A stretch of 64,000 bases of DNA from Bacteroidota bacterium. Lineage in GTDB: Bacteria; Bacteroidota; Bacteroidia; Chitinophagales; JADIYW01. Positions 17,724 to 26,457 of the stretch are shown here, one piece after another. Below the pieces are notes generated by a model. That model was not told where the DNA came from. It saw only the letters and a list, made by a program, of their open reading frames with translations, and searched no databases. Numbering within the stretch: the stretch's first letter is position 1; the number at the start of each line of letters is the position of its first letter. The position numbers and the translations under genes were made by a program. Location: positions 24,385-88,384 of the forward strand of contig JAGQYE010000007.1 of NCBI GenBank assembly GCA_020436225.1, given 5' to 3'.

Positions 17724-20700
17724 ATGTGTGATTTTGCTCCACTTCATTGCCATACTCAATATTCCCTTTTAGACGGTGCTGCCGATATAGAAAATATGAT
17801 AAAAAAAGCAAAAGAAGATAATATGTCTGCAGTTGCTATTACAGACCATGGCAATATGTTTGGTGCTTTTAAATTTTTTAGTGCTTGTCAAAAACACGGC
17901 ATCAAACCTATTTTAGGCTGCGAAGTATATGTTGTAGAAGATAGAGAAAATAAAAATTTTACAAGAGAAAATAAAGACAAACGTTATCATCAACTCTTAC
18001 TGGCTAAAAATGAAGAAGGCTATAGAAACTTAATGAAAATTGTTTCCTTAGGTTATATTGATGGCTTATATATGGATTTTCCTCGAGTAGATAAATCTAT
18101 TATAAAAAAATATAAAGATGGAATCATTGCCACTTCGTGTTGTGTTGGTGCCGAAGTGCCACAAAACATTATGTATAAAGGTGTAGAAGCTGCTGAAAAA
18201 GTATTATTAGAATGGTTGGATATTTTTGGAAATGAAGATTACTACATCGAATTACAACGACATCATCTCGAAAATATTGACAATACAGGCTGGAGTCAAG
18301 AAGCCATAAATATTGAGTTGATGAAACTCGCAAAAAAACATAATTTAAAAGTAATTGCCACCAATGATTCTCATTACGTAAATCAAAAAGACAGCGAAGC
18401 ACACGATATTCTTTTGTGCTTACAAACCGGCAAAGATTTTTCTGAACCAAATCGCTTTAGATTTCCAAACGATAACTTCTTTTTTAAAACACAATATGAA
18501 ATGAAGGAATTGTTTAAAGATATTCCTTCAGCAATAGAAAACACGATGGAAATTGTGGAGAAAGTAAGCTCTTTAGATTTGAAAAGAGAAATCTTATTGC
18601 CTGTTTTTGAGTTGCCAATAGGTTTTAAAGACCAAAACGAATACTTGCGATTTCTAACATTTGAAGGCGCACGAAAACGTTGGGGCGAAATCTTGCCAAT
18701 CGATGTTATTGAACGCTTGGATTTTGAATTAAATACCATACAAGCTATGGGTTTTCCGGGTTATTTTTTAATCGTTCAAGATTTTATTAATGAAGGAAAA
18801 AAACTTGGCGTTTCCATTGGTCCGGGTCGAGGTTCTGCTGCAGGATCTGCGGTGGCTTATGCAATTGGTATTACCAATGTTGATCCAATCAAATATCAAT
18901 TACTCTTCGAGCGTTTCTTAAATCCTGATAGAATTTCAATGCCGGATATTGATATTGATTTTGATGATGAAGGTCGAGAACGTGTTATCAATTATGTGGT
19001 AGAAAAATATGGAACAAATCAAGTAGCACAAATTATTACGTATGGCACTATGGCTGCGAAATCTTCCATTAAAGATGTCGGTCGCGTGTTGAAAGTACCA
19101 TTAGCTGAAACGGATAAGCTTTCCAAATTAGTACCTGAAAAACCGAAAATTACTTTAGAAAAAGCCTACGAAGAAGTCCAAGAATTAAATGCTATGCGCG
19201 ATTTGCCAATGTACAAACAAACATTACAATTGGCGGAAGAATTAGAAGGTTCTATTAGAAATCGTGGCATACATGCATCAGCTTTAATCATAGCGCCGGA
19301 TGAAATTGTAAAATATGTGCCTGTTTGCAAAGCAAAAGATACGCCATTATTGGTTACACAATTTGATGGCAGCATTATTGAAAGCGCAGGCATGTTAAAA
19401 ATGGACTTTTTAGGGTTAAAAACGTTGACCATTTTACGTGATGCTTTAAGGCTCATCAAGAAAAATCATCAAATTGACATCGACTTAGATACGATTCCAT
19501 TAGATGATGCGAAAACCTTTGAACTCTATAAACGCGGCGAAACTATTGGCACTTTCCAATTTGAAAGTGAAGGCATGCAAAAATACTTGCGCGATTTAAA
19601 ACCCGATAAATTCGATGATTTAATTGCGATGAATGCCTTGTATCGTCCCGGCCCGATGGATTATATTCCCAACTTTGCCGCAAGAAAAAATGGCAAAGAA
19701 AAAGTGCAATACGACTTGCCAGAAATGGAAGAAATTCTAAAAGAAACGTATGGCATTACGGTTTATCAAGAGCAAGTAATGTTGCTGTCGCAAAAATTAG
19801 CCAATTTCACAAAAGGAAAAGCAGATGAGTTGCGAAAAGCAATGGGAAAAAAAGACAGAGTCAAATTAGATTCGTTAAAGCCATTGTTTATTGAAGGTTG
19901 TATCAGCAATAAATTAGACGAAAAAATTTGTGAGAAAATTTGGGTGGATTGGGAAAAATTTGCTTCGTATGCATTTAACAAATCACATGCAACTTGCTAT
20001 GCATTTGTGGCATTTCAAACTGCTTACTTAAAAGCGCATTATCCGGCAGAATATATGGCGTCAGTATTATCGCACAATATGAGCGATTTAAAGCAAGTCA
20101 ACTTCTTTTTAAGTGAATGTAGAAGAATGAACTTGCATACCTTAGGACCAGACATTAACGAAAGTGATTTAAAGTTTTCTGTCAACAAAGCAGGCGAAAT
20201 TCGTTTTGCATTGTCTGCAATTAAAGGTGTCGGCGAATCTGCCGTCATGGAAATTATTAAAGAAAGAGATGAGAATGGAAATTTCAAAAATATTTTTGAT
20301 TTAACAAAGCGCATCAATTCCAGAGCAGTAAACAAAAAAAATATAGAATCTTTAGCGTATGCCGGTGCATTTGATAGTTTCCCAAACATACATCGCTCAC
20401 AATATTTTTATCAATATAAAGATGATTCTACATTTATTGAATTAGCTATTAAATTCGGTAACAATGTAAAAGAACGAGAAGCCGCTTCTGCCCTATCTCT
20501 TTTTGGTGGAACAGATGATGCAAAAATTCCGGAACCGGAAATACCACAAACTCCTCCTTGGTCATTATTTGAAAAATTACAAAATGAAAAAGAAGTAATT
20601 GGTATTTATATTTCGGGACATCCTTTAGATGAATTCAGCATTGAAACAAAATTATTTACTAATTCATCTTTTGAAGAAATTGATACCAATAGAAATAAAG

Positions 20701-21200
20701 ATGTAAGCATTGCTTGTTTAGTATCTAGCATTAATAAACGCGTGGACAAGAATGGAAAACCTTGGGCAATTGTTAAATTGGAAGATTTAGAAAACACCAT
20801 TGAAGTTGCTTTATTTAACGAAGAGTACACAAAGTTTTTAGCTTATTTAGAACAAGGCAATAGACTATACATAAATGGTTGTTACAAACAAAGTTACCGC
20901 GACAAAGCGAAGAATGTTTTAAAAATTTATAGTATTGAATACTTGCAAGATGTTTTGGAAAATCATAGCAAAGGATTAAAAATCGTGATTCAATATAAAT
21001 ATCTTGAAGAAGCATTAATCGACCAATTATACAAAGTTATTTCCAAGCATAAAGGCAAGAAAAAATTGACGATAAATCTGTATGATGATGAAGACAAACC
21101 ACTTTCTTTTGAATCATCAAAAATAAATGTAACTATTAGCAAGTCTTTAATGAAAGCACTTGAAGATATTGACCATATTTATCCAATCATTTTAAAATAA
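17724..21200 (+). CDS. dnaE: DNA polymerase III alpha subunit
   Basis: 1158 aa with an N-terminal PHP domain (HCHTQYSLLDGA), a polymerase core (PDIDIDF, GLLKMDFLGL) and an OB-fold region. Confidence 0.96.
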   Translation: MCDFAPLHCHTQYSLLDGAADIENMIKKAKEDNMSAVAITDHGNMFGAFKFFSACQKHGIKPILGCEVYVVEDRENKNFTRENKDKRYHQLLLAKNEEGYRNLMKIVSLGYIDGLYMDFPRVDKSIIKKYKDGIIATSCCVGAEVPQNIMYKGVEAAEKVLLEWLDIFGNEDYYIELQRHHLENIDNTGWSQEAINIELMKLAKKHNLKVIATNDSHYVNQKDSEAHDILLCLQTGKDFSEPNRFRFPNDNFFFKTQYEMKELFKDIPSAIENTMEIVEKVSSLDLKREILLPVFELPIGFKDQNEYLRFLTFEGARKRWGEILPIDVIERLDFELNTIQAMGFPGYFLIVQDFINEGKKLGVSIGPGRGSAAGSAVAYAIGITNVDPIKYQLLFERFLNPDRISMPDIDIDFDDEGRERVINYVVEKYGTNQVAQIITYGTMAAKSSIKDVGRVLKVPLAETDKLSKLVPEKPKITLEKAYEEVQELNAMRDLPMYKQTLQLAEELEGSIRNRGIHASALIIAPDEIVKYVPVCKAKDTPLLVTQFDGSIIESAGMLKMDFLGLKTLTILRDALRLIKKNHQIDIDLDTIPLDDAKTFELYKRGETIGTFQFESEGMQKYLRDLKPDKFDDLIAMNALYRPGPMDYIPNFAARKNGKEKVQYDLPEMEEILKETYGITVYQEQVMLLSQKLANFTKGKADELRKAMGKKDRVKLDSLKPLFIEGCISNKLDEKICEKIWVDWEKFASYAFNKSHATCYAFVAFQTAYLKAHYPAEYMASVLSHNMSDLKQVNFFLSECRRMNLHTLGPDINESDLKFSVNKAGEIRFALSAIKGVGESAVMEIIKERDENGNFKNIFDLTKRINSRAVNKKNIESLAYAGAFDSFPNIHRSQYFYQYKDDSTFIELAIKFGNNVKEREAASALSLFGGTDDAKIPEPEIPQTPPWSLFEKLQNEKEVIGIYISGHPLDEFSIETKLFTNSSFEEIDTNRNKDVSIACLVSSINKRVDKNGKPWAIVKLEDLENTIEVALFNEEYTKFLAYLEQGNRLYINGCYKQSYRDKAKNVLKIYSIEYLQDVLENHSKGLKIVIQYKYLEEALIDQLYKVISKHKGKKKLTINLYDDEDKPLSFESSKINVTISKSLMKALEDIDHIYPIILK

Positions 21201-21205
21201 AAAAG

Positions 21206-21580
21206 ATGGCAATTCCTACACAATTTCAAACTGCAACACCTTACTTAATTGTAAAAGATTGCAAGAATTTTATTGCGTTTATGCAAGCATTATTTGATGC
21301 AACTATTGAAGAACAACATCTTCGAGAAGATGATAAAAACAAAGTAATGCATGCAGAGTTAAAAACAGGCAATGCAAGTATTATGTGTGCCGATTGCACA
21401 GATGAATGGAAAATTCAACCTGCAGGCATTTTTATTTATGTTGATGATGCCGACTCATCTTACAAAAAAGCCATTGAATTAGGTTGCACTACAATAATGG
21501 AATTATGCACTATGCATTACGGCAGAACTTGTGGTGTACAAGATACTTTCGGCAATACTTGGTGGATTACTTCCATTTAA
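21206..21580 (+). CDS. VOC/glyoxalase-fold protein (PhnB-like)
   Basis: 124 aa with the PYLIVKD start and the C-terminal FGNTWWI motif typical of PhnB-like VOC proteins. Confidence 0.7.
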   Translation: MAIPTQFQTATPYLIVKDCKNFIAFMQALFDATIEEQHLREDDKNKVMHAELKTGNASIMCADCTDEWKIQPAGIFIYVDDADSSYKKAIELGCTTIMELCTMHYGRTCGVQDTFGNTWWITSI

Positions 21581-21643
21581 TATCTATATAAAATTCTGTT
21601 AAAAGAATTGAAAAGATAAACAAGCATCTTGCTAATTTTACTT

Positions 21644-21658
21644 TGGCACAGCGATTGT
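21644..21658 (+). promoter_or_regulatory. Sigma-54-like -24/-12 element (TGGCAC-N5-TTGT)
   Basis: TGGCACagcgaTTGTa compared with the consensus TGGCAC-N5-TTGC(A/T), with one mismatch in the -12 box. It lies about 29 nt upstream of the ATG at 21687. Confidence 0.25.
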
Positions 21659-21686
21659 ATTAACTCTTTTAATAAAAACATTTTTT

Positions 21687-22487
21687 ATGAAAAAGATTTT
21701 TACACTCTCATTTTCTATCTTATTTATAAGCTTAAGTTTTGCCTCGGGCGAATTTTTCTTAAAGATAAACAACAGCGGAAATTATACAGTTTCCATTAAC
21801 AACCAAACCATCACTTCATCAACGAATACATTCCGTTTCTTTGATTTGAACAGTGGTAATCAAATTTTAAAAATTTACAGAAACGCTTATGGCGGACAAC
21901 AAATTTTCAGTCGGCCTATTTATATAGAAAATAATGTAAGAATTGTTGCCACTATCGACCGCTATGCTAAACTAAAAATCATTGAAAAAATTCCATTTAC
22001 GAGACAAAATTGGTATGTAGATATGTTGCAAAATTATTTCCCGAGTTGGAATTACCCAAACCAAAATCCTGATTGTAATATTCCTTGGAATGGCGGCGGA
22101 AACGGCGGCTGGAATAATCCTTATCCAAACAATACACCTTATCCAAATCAATATCCGCCGTATGGAAATACTTATCCTTTTGGAAATTATGGATATGGAA
22201 ATTTAATAAACGACAATGATTTAAGTGCATTGTTAAGTACTATGCAAAATGCTTCTTTTGATGATAAGAAATTGGAGATTGCGAAAACAGCTTTAAAAGA
22301 CAGAAAAATTAAAACGAATCAAGTACATCAATTATTACAACATTTCTCGTTCGACCAAAAGAAATTAGATTTAGCAAAATATTGTTACGACAAAACCATC
22401 GACCAAAATAATTATTATACTTTATACAGCGATTTTACATTCAATAGTTATAGTTCCGAATTAGATAAATACATCAATTCTAAATAA
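21687..22487 (+). CDS. Secreted DUF4476-domain protein with an N/P/Y/G-rich linker
   Basis: 266 aa with a signal peptide. A low-complexity stretch (WNGGGNGGWNNPYPNNTPYPNQYPPYGNTYPFGNYGYGN) precedes a C-terminal DUF4476-like duplicated motif (FDDKKLEIAKTAL and FDQKKLDLAKYCY). Confidence 0.7.
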   Translation: MKKIFTLSFSILFISLSFASGEFFLKINNSGNYTVSINNQTITSSTNTFRFFDLNSGNQILKIYRNAYGGQQIFSRPIYIENNVRIVATIDRYAKLKIIEKIPFTRQNWYVDMLQNYFPSWNYPNQNPDCNIPWNGGGNGGWNNPYPNNTPYPNQYPPYGNTYPFGNYGYGNLINDNDLSALLSTMQNASFDDKKLEIAKTALKDRKIKTNQVHQLLQHFSFDQKKLDLAKYCYDKTIDQNNYYTLYSDFTFNSYSSELDKYINSK

Positions 22488-22534
22488 AAGAATGAATATA
22501 CAACCATAATATTTATGATTATCTTACGTTTATA

Positions 22535-22565
22535 ATACCGACAACTTTAGTCGGTATTTTTTTTA
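22535..22565 (+). terminator. Intrinsic terminator of the DUF4476 gene
   Basis: ATACCGAC-aacttta-GTCGGTAT followed by T7. Confidence 0.75.
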
Positions 22566-22619
22566 TACATTTAATTAAACTTTTGAAATTTGGTAGAGTC
22601 TAATTAAAAAATCTATTGC

Positions 22620-23927
22620 ATGAAGAAACATAGTACACTCTTTCTTTTTTTATTTTTTCTCCTACAAATCCAAGCACAAACTTTATATTTCCCGCCTTTA
22701 ACCGGCAATACTTGGGACACACTTTCGCCGAATAGATTTAATTGGTGTACTGAAAACATTGACTCTTTATACAATTACTTGGAAGCGACACACGCTAAAT
22801 CTTTTATGATTTTGAAAGATGGAAAAATTGTATTGGAAAAATATTTCGGCAATTTCACACAAGATTCTATTCATTATTGGGCATCAGCAGGAAAGAGCTT
22901 AACTGCAACATTAATCGGTATTGCACAAGAAAAAGGCTTACTCAACATCAATGATTCTGTGTCGAAATATTTAGGTGTTGGTTGGACAAGTGAATTACCT
23001 GAAAAAGAAAAACTCATCTCCATAAAAAATGTACTTTCTATGACAAGTGGCTTAGATGATAATCCGGCTGCACCTTGTAATGATTTGAGCCAAGCACCAG
23101 CATGTTTACAATATCTTGCAGATGCAGGCACACGTTGGGGTTATCATTCTGGTCCATATAGAAAATTAGAAGATATTATTGAACTTGTAACAGGGAAAAC
23201 CTACACACAAGCAACAGCAGATTTTATTGGAAATAAAATTGGCATGGATGGTTTGTGGTTTAATAGCGTTTTTTATTCAAACACTCGAGCTATGGCGCGT
23301 TTTGGTTTGTTGATGTTGAATAAAGTCATTTGGCAAAACGATACGATTATGAAAGACACATCTTATTTTAATGCAATGACCAACACTTCTCAAAATCTCA
23401 ATAAATCGTATGGATATTTATGGTGGCTAAATGGAAAAAGTTCATATATGTTGCCAACTGTTCAGTTTATATTTCCATCGATGTTGATTCCTACTGGTCC
23501 ACCGGATATGTTTGTTGCCATGGGCAAAGGACATCAACGAATTTATGTTGTGCCAAGTCAAAAAATGGTAGTGGTTCGAGTAGGCGAAACGCCTGATAAT
23601 TCTTTAGCTTGGTCGCCATTCGATACGATTGTTTGGAAATATATTTCTAAATTGGATGATGCTTGTATGACCACATCTATTCATCAAAACATAAAAAAAA
23701 TTGAACTCAAATTATTTCCAAATCCGGCCAATAATTATTTGTTTTTTGATGGATTTTCTTCTAACGAAACAATTCATTTTCGTATTATCAATTCATTAGG
23801 TCGGATTGTAAAAGAAGATGAAACTTTTAATCACAGCATTGATATCTCCGACTTAGAAAAAGGCAATTATTTTATTTCGCTTCAAAACAAAACAGAAGAA
23901 GCAATAAAAGCATTTATCAAGAATTAA
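22620..23927 (+). CDS. Serine hydrolase (beta-lactamase/PBP-like) with a T9SS C-terminal sorting domain
   Basis: 435 aa with a signal peptide and an SxxK motif (SAGK). The C-terminal ~75 aa (LKLFPNPANNYLFF, ISDLEKGNYFISL) is typical of Por/T9SS secretion tails. Confidence 0.8.
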   Translation: MKKHSTLFLFLFFLLQIQAQTLYFPPLTGNTWDTLSPNRFNWCTENIDSLYNYLEATHAKSFMILKDGKIVLEKYFGNFTQDSIHYWASAGKSLTATLIGIAQEKGLLNINDSVSKYLGVGWTSELPEKEKLISIKNVLSMTSGLDDNPAAPCNDLSQAPACLQYLADAGTRWGYHSGPYRKLEDIIELVTGKTYTQATADFIGNKIGMDGLWFNSVFYSNTRAMARFGLLMLNKVIWQNDTIMKDTSYFNAMTNTSQNLNKSYGYLWWLNGKSSYMLPTVQFIFPSMLIPTGPPDMFVAMGKGHQRIYVVPSQKMVVVRVGETPDNSLAWSPFDTIVWKYISKLDDACMTTSIHQNIKKIELKLFPNPANNYLFFDGFSSNETIHFRIINSLGRIVKEDETFNHSIDISDLEKGNYFISLQNKTEEAIKAFIKN

Positions 23928-23967
23928 TTGAAGTAATATTTACTGTACCAAGGCAATCGGCATATAT

Positions 23968-24057
23968 TATCTTAGCAACAGAGTCTCTTAAAATAGACTT
24001 TGCGTCAATATGATTTACGCAGAGTCCACTATGTGAGACTCTGCTTATAAAAAAAAA
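23968..24057. repeat. Array unit 1 (degenerate arms 1 and 2)
   Basis: Arms are ACAGAGTC 23978-23985, GACTTTGC 23996-24003, GCAGAGTC 24019-24026 and GACTCTGC 24037-24044. The A-run is at 24049-24057. Confidence 0.85.
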
Positions 24058-24080
24058 CTTACTGAGCATTTTTAATTATT

Positions 24081-24169
24081 TATCTTCGTAGCAGAGTCTC
24101 TTGAAAAGGACTCTGCGTCATAAACTTTACGCAGAGTCCACTATATGAGACTCTGCTTGTAAAAAAAAA
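24081..24169. repeat. Array unit 2 (all four arms intact)
   Basis: Arms are at 24091-24098, 24109-24116, 24131-24138 and 24149-24156. The A-run is at 24161-24169. Confidence 0.9.
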
Positions 24170-24187
24170 TTACTACTAATTATAATT

Positions 24188-24277
24188 TATCTTCGCAGCA
24201 GAGTCTCTTGAAAAGGACTCTGCGTCAATAAACTTTACGCAGAGCCCACTTTGTGAGACTCTGCTTATAAAAAAAAA
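24188..24277. repeat. Array unit 3 (one arm substitution)
   Basis: Arms are at 24198-24205, 24216-24223, 24239-24246 (GCAGAGCC) and 24257-24264. The A-run is at 24269-24277. Confidence 0.9.
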
Positions 24278-24294
24278 CGGCAATCGGCATATAT

Positions 24295-24381
24295 TATCTT
24301 CGCAGCAGAGTCTCTTGAAAAGGACTTTGAGTCAATAAACTTTACGCAGAGTCCACTATGTGAGGCTCTGCTTGTAAAAAA
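24295..24381. repeat. Array unit 4 (degenerate arms 2 and 4)
   Basis: Arms are at 24305-24312, 24323-24330 (GACTTTGA), 24346-24353 and 24364-24371 (GGCTCTGC). The short A-run is at 24376-24381. Confidence 0.85.
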
Positions 24382-24395
24382 TGGAAAATTAAAAC

Positions 24396-26381
24396 TTACT
24401 GAGCATTTTTTATTATCTGTTCCACTACGCTTGGGTCTAATAAGGTGGTTGTATCGCCTAAATTATTGATATCATTTTCGGCAATTTTCCTTAAAATTCT
24501 ACGCATAATTTTTCCGCTTCGCGTTTTAGGTAATCCAGTTACAATTTGAATTTTATCGGGTTTTGCAATCGGCGAAATAAGTTTACTCACCGTATCTCTA
24601 ATTTCATTTTTAAATGCTGTTAAGTTCAACAAACGCAAACTATCATCTTCTACATCTCCTGTGTTTGGGTCAGTATCAACCAAACCTTTTTCTATACTTT
24701 CTTTATCTACAATCACAAATGCATAAATTCCTTGTCCTTTAATGTCATGCGGATAAGCTACAACAGCGCTTTCCACCACATTCGGATGTTCGTTAATAGC
24801 ATTTTCCACTTCAGCAGTTCCCAAACGATGTCCACTAATATTCATTACATCATCAACACGTCCAATAATTCGGTAATAACCATCTTCATCTCTCCTACAA
24901 CCATCGCCTGTAAAATATAAATTCGGATAAGCCGAAAAATAAACTTGTTTGCAACGATCATGATCGCCATAGGTTGTGCGTATCATGCCTGGCCAAGGAA
25001 ATTTCATACATAAAAAACCTTCAACGTTATTGCCTTCCACTTCGTAGCCACCACTATCTACTAAAATCGGTTGAACTCCCGGCAATGGCAAAGTAGCATA
25101 AGTCGGTTTGGTTGGCGTAATGCCGGCAATCGGAGAAATCATAATGCCACCGGTTTCTGTTTGCCACCAAGTATCAACAATCGGGCATTTTTGTTTGCCA
25201 ATATTTTCGTGATACCAATACCATGCTTCTTCGTTTATCGGTTCTCCAACAGAGCCAATAACTTTCAAAGAATCCAAGCGATAAGGCTCAACATATTCCA
25301 TGCCACTTGCCATCAACGAACGTATTGCTGTTGGTGCTGTATAAAATTTTGAAACACACAATTTATCTACAATAGCCCAAAATCTTCCGGCATCAGGAAA
25401 CGTTGGAATGCCTTCAAACATTACGGTTGTAGCACCATTCAACAATGGTCCATAAACGATGTAAGAATGTCCGGTTATCCAGCCAATGTCTGCGGTACAC
25501 CAATACACATCATCTTCTTCATATTGAAAAACATTCAAAAAAGTATAATACATATACACCATATAACCGGCACAAGTATGCACTACACCTTTAGGTTTTC
25601 CGGTGCTTCCGGAAGTATAAAGCACAAACAACATATCTTCGCTATCCATTTCTACGGCTTCAAAAACTGCTGATGCTTTTTGCATTTCACTGTGCCACCA
25701 AACATCTCTTCCATCTAACATATTAACGTCAGCGTTGGTGCGTTTATATACTATTACTTTTTCAATAGATGTTGTACTTTGCAAGGCTTCATCGCAGATT
25801 TCTTTAAGTGGTACAACTTTATTTCCACGATACAAACCATCAGCCGTGATGAGCATTTTGCAAGTGGCATCGTTAATTCTATCAGCGATGGATTTGGCAG
25901 AAAAACCGGCAAAAACAACAGAATGTATTGCTCCAATACGAGCACAAGCTAATATGGCAATTGCCAACTCCGGAATCATTGGCATATACACGCAAACTCT
26001 GTCGCCTTTGGTAATGCCATTATTTTGTAACACATTGGCAAAGCGGCAAACTTCTTTATGCAATTCTTTATAGGTTAATGTTCGGTTGGGTTCGTTGGTG
26101 TCATTTGCTTCCCAAATAATTGCCGGCTTATCTCCATTTTTCTCTAAATGTCTATCCAAACAATTTTCCGTAATATTTAATTTTCCATTCAAAAACCATT
26201 TTACTGATGGTTCTTCAAAATTCCATTCTAAAGTTTTATCCCATTTTTGTTTCCATTGAAATGTATCGGCAATTTCGCTCCAAAATTGCTCTGGATTTTC
26301 TACACTTTTTTTATAAGTTTCTTGATAGTCTTGGAAAGTTTGAATTTTATGTGGATGCTTTAACTCATTCATAATTGACAT
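24396..26381 (-). CDS. acs: Acetyl-CoA synthetase (AMP-forming)
   Basis: About 660 aa with the AMP-binding signature YTSGSTGKPKG and typical Acs N- and C-terminal regions (PEQFW, SGKIMRRILRKIA). The ATG at 26381 is preferred over the TTG at 26390. Confidence 0.95.
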   Translation of the reverse strand: MSIMNELKHPHKIQTFQDYQETYKKSVENPEQFWSEIADTFQWKQKWDKTLEWNFEEPSVKWFLNGKLNITENCLDRHLEKNGDKPAIIWEANDTNEPNRTLTYKELHKEVCRFANVLQNNGITKGDRVCVYMPMIPELAIAILACARIGAIHSVVFAGFSAKSIADRINDATCKMLITADGLYRGNKVVPLKEICDEALQSTTSIEKVIVYKRTNADVNMLDGRDVWWHSEMQKASAVFEAVEMDSEDMLFVLYTSGSTGKPKGVVHTCAGYMVYMYYTFLNVFQYEEDDVYWCTADIGWITGHSYIVYGPLLNGATTVMFEGIPTFPDAGRFWAIVDKLCVSKFYTAPTAIRSLMASGMEYVEPYRLDSLKVIGSVGEPINEEAWYWYHENIGKQKCPIVDTWWQTETGGIMISPIAGITPTKPTYATLPLPGVQPILVDSGGYEVEGNNVEGFLCMKFPWPGMIRTTYGDHDRCKQVYFSAYPNLYFTGDGCRRDEDGYYRIIGRVDDVMNISGHRLGTAEVENAINEHPNVVESAVVAYPHDIKGQGIYAFVIVDKESIEKGLVDTDPNTGDVEDDSLRLLNLTAFKNEIRDTVSKLISPIAKPDKIQIVTGLPKTRSGKIMRRILRKIAENDINNLGDTTTLLDPSVVEQIIKNAQ

Positions 26382-26433
26382 TTTTATCAATGGTTAATAT
26401 AAGGTTTTTCCATTATCTAAGCATAATTTTAAG

Positions 26434-26441
26434 TAAATTTG
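26434..26441 (+). promoter_or_regulatory. Candidate -7 box (TAAATTTG) for the prolyl oligopeptidase gene
   Basis: Exact TAnnTTTG match 16 nt upstream of the ATG at 26458. Confidence 0.4.
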
Positions 26442-26457
26442 TGCTTTAATTTACTAT

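Larger units (their letters stand above)
23968..24381. repeat. Tandem array of four ~90-bp four-armed palindromic units separated by 17-23-bp spacers
   Basis: Unit starts are at 23968, 24081, 24188 and 24295 (periods 113, 107, 107). The consensus is TATCTTCGCA GCAGAGTC tcttgaaaag GACTCTGC gtcaataaactttac GCAGAGTC cactatgtga GACTCTGC ttat A9. No ORF of 60 aa or more on either strand. Confidence 0.9.

Noticed and set aside
22081-22200. Possible DNA-level repeat in the N/P/Y/G-rich stretch of the DUF4476 gene
   Set aside because: The repetition is at the amino-acid composition level (a low-complexity linker). I see no regular nucleotide repeat unit.
23968-24381. Possible CRISPR array
   Set aside because: The repeats are about 90 bp and internally palindromic four times over. 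The spacers are only 17-23 bp, and two of them are copies of flanking sequence. No cas genes or leader are in the window. The geometry is the inverse of a CRISPR array.
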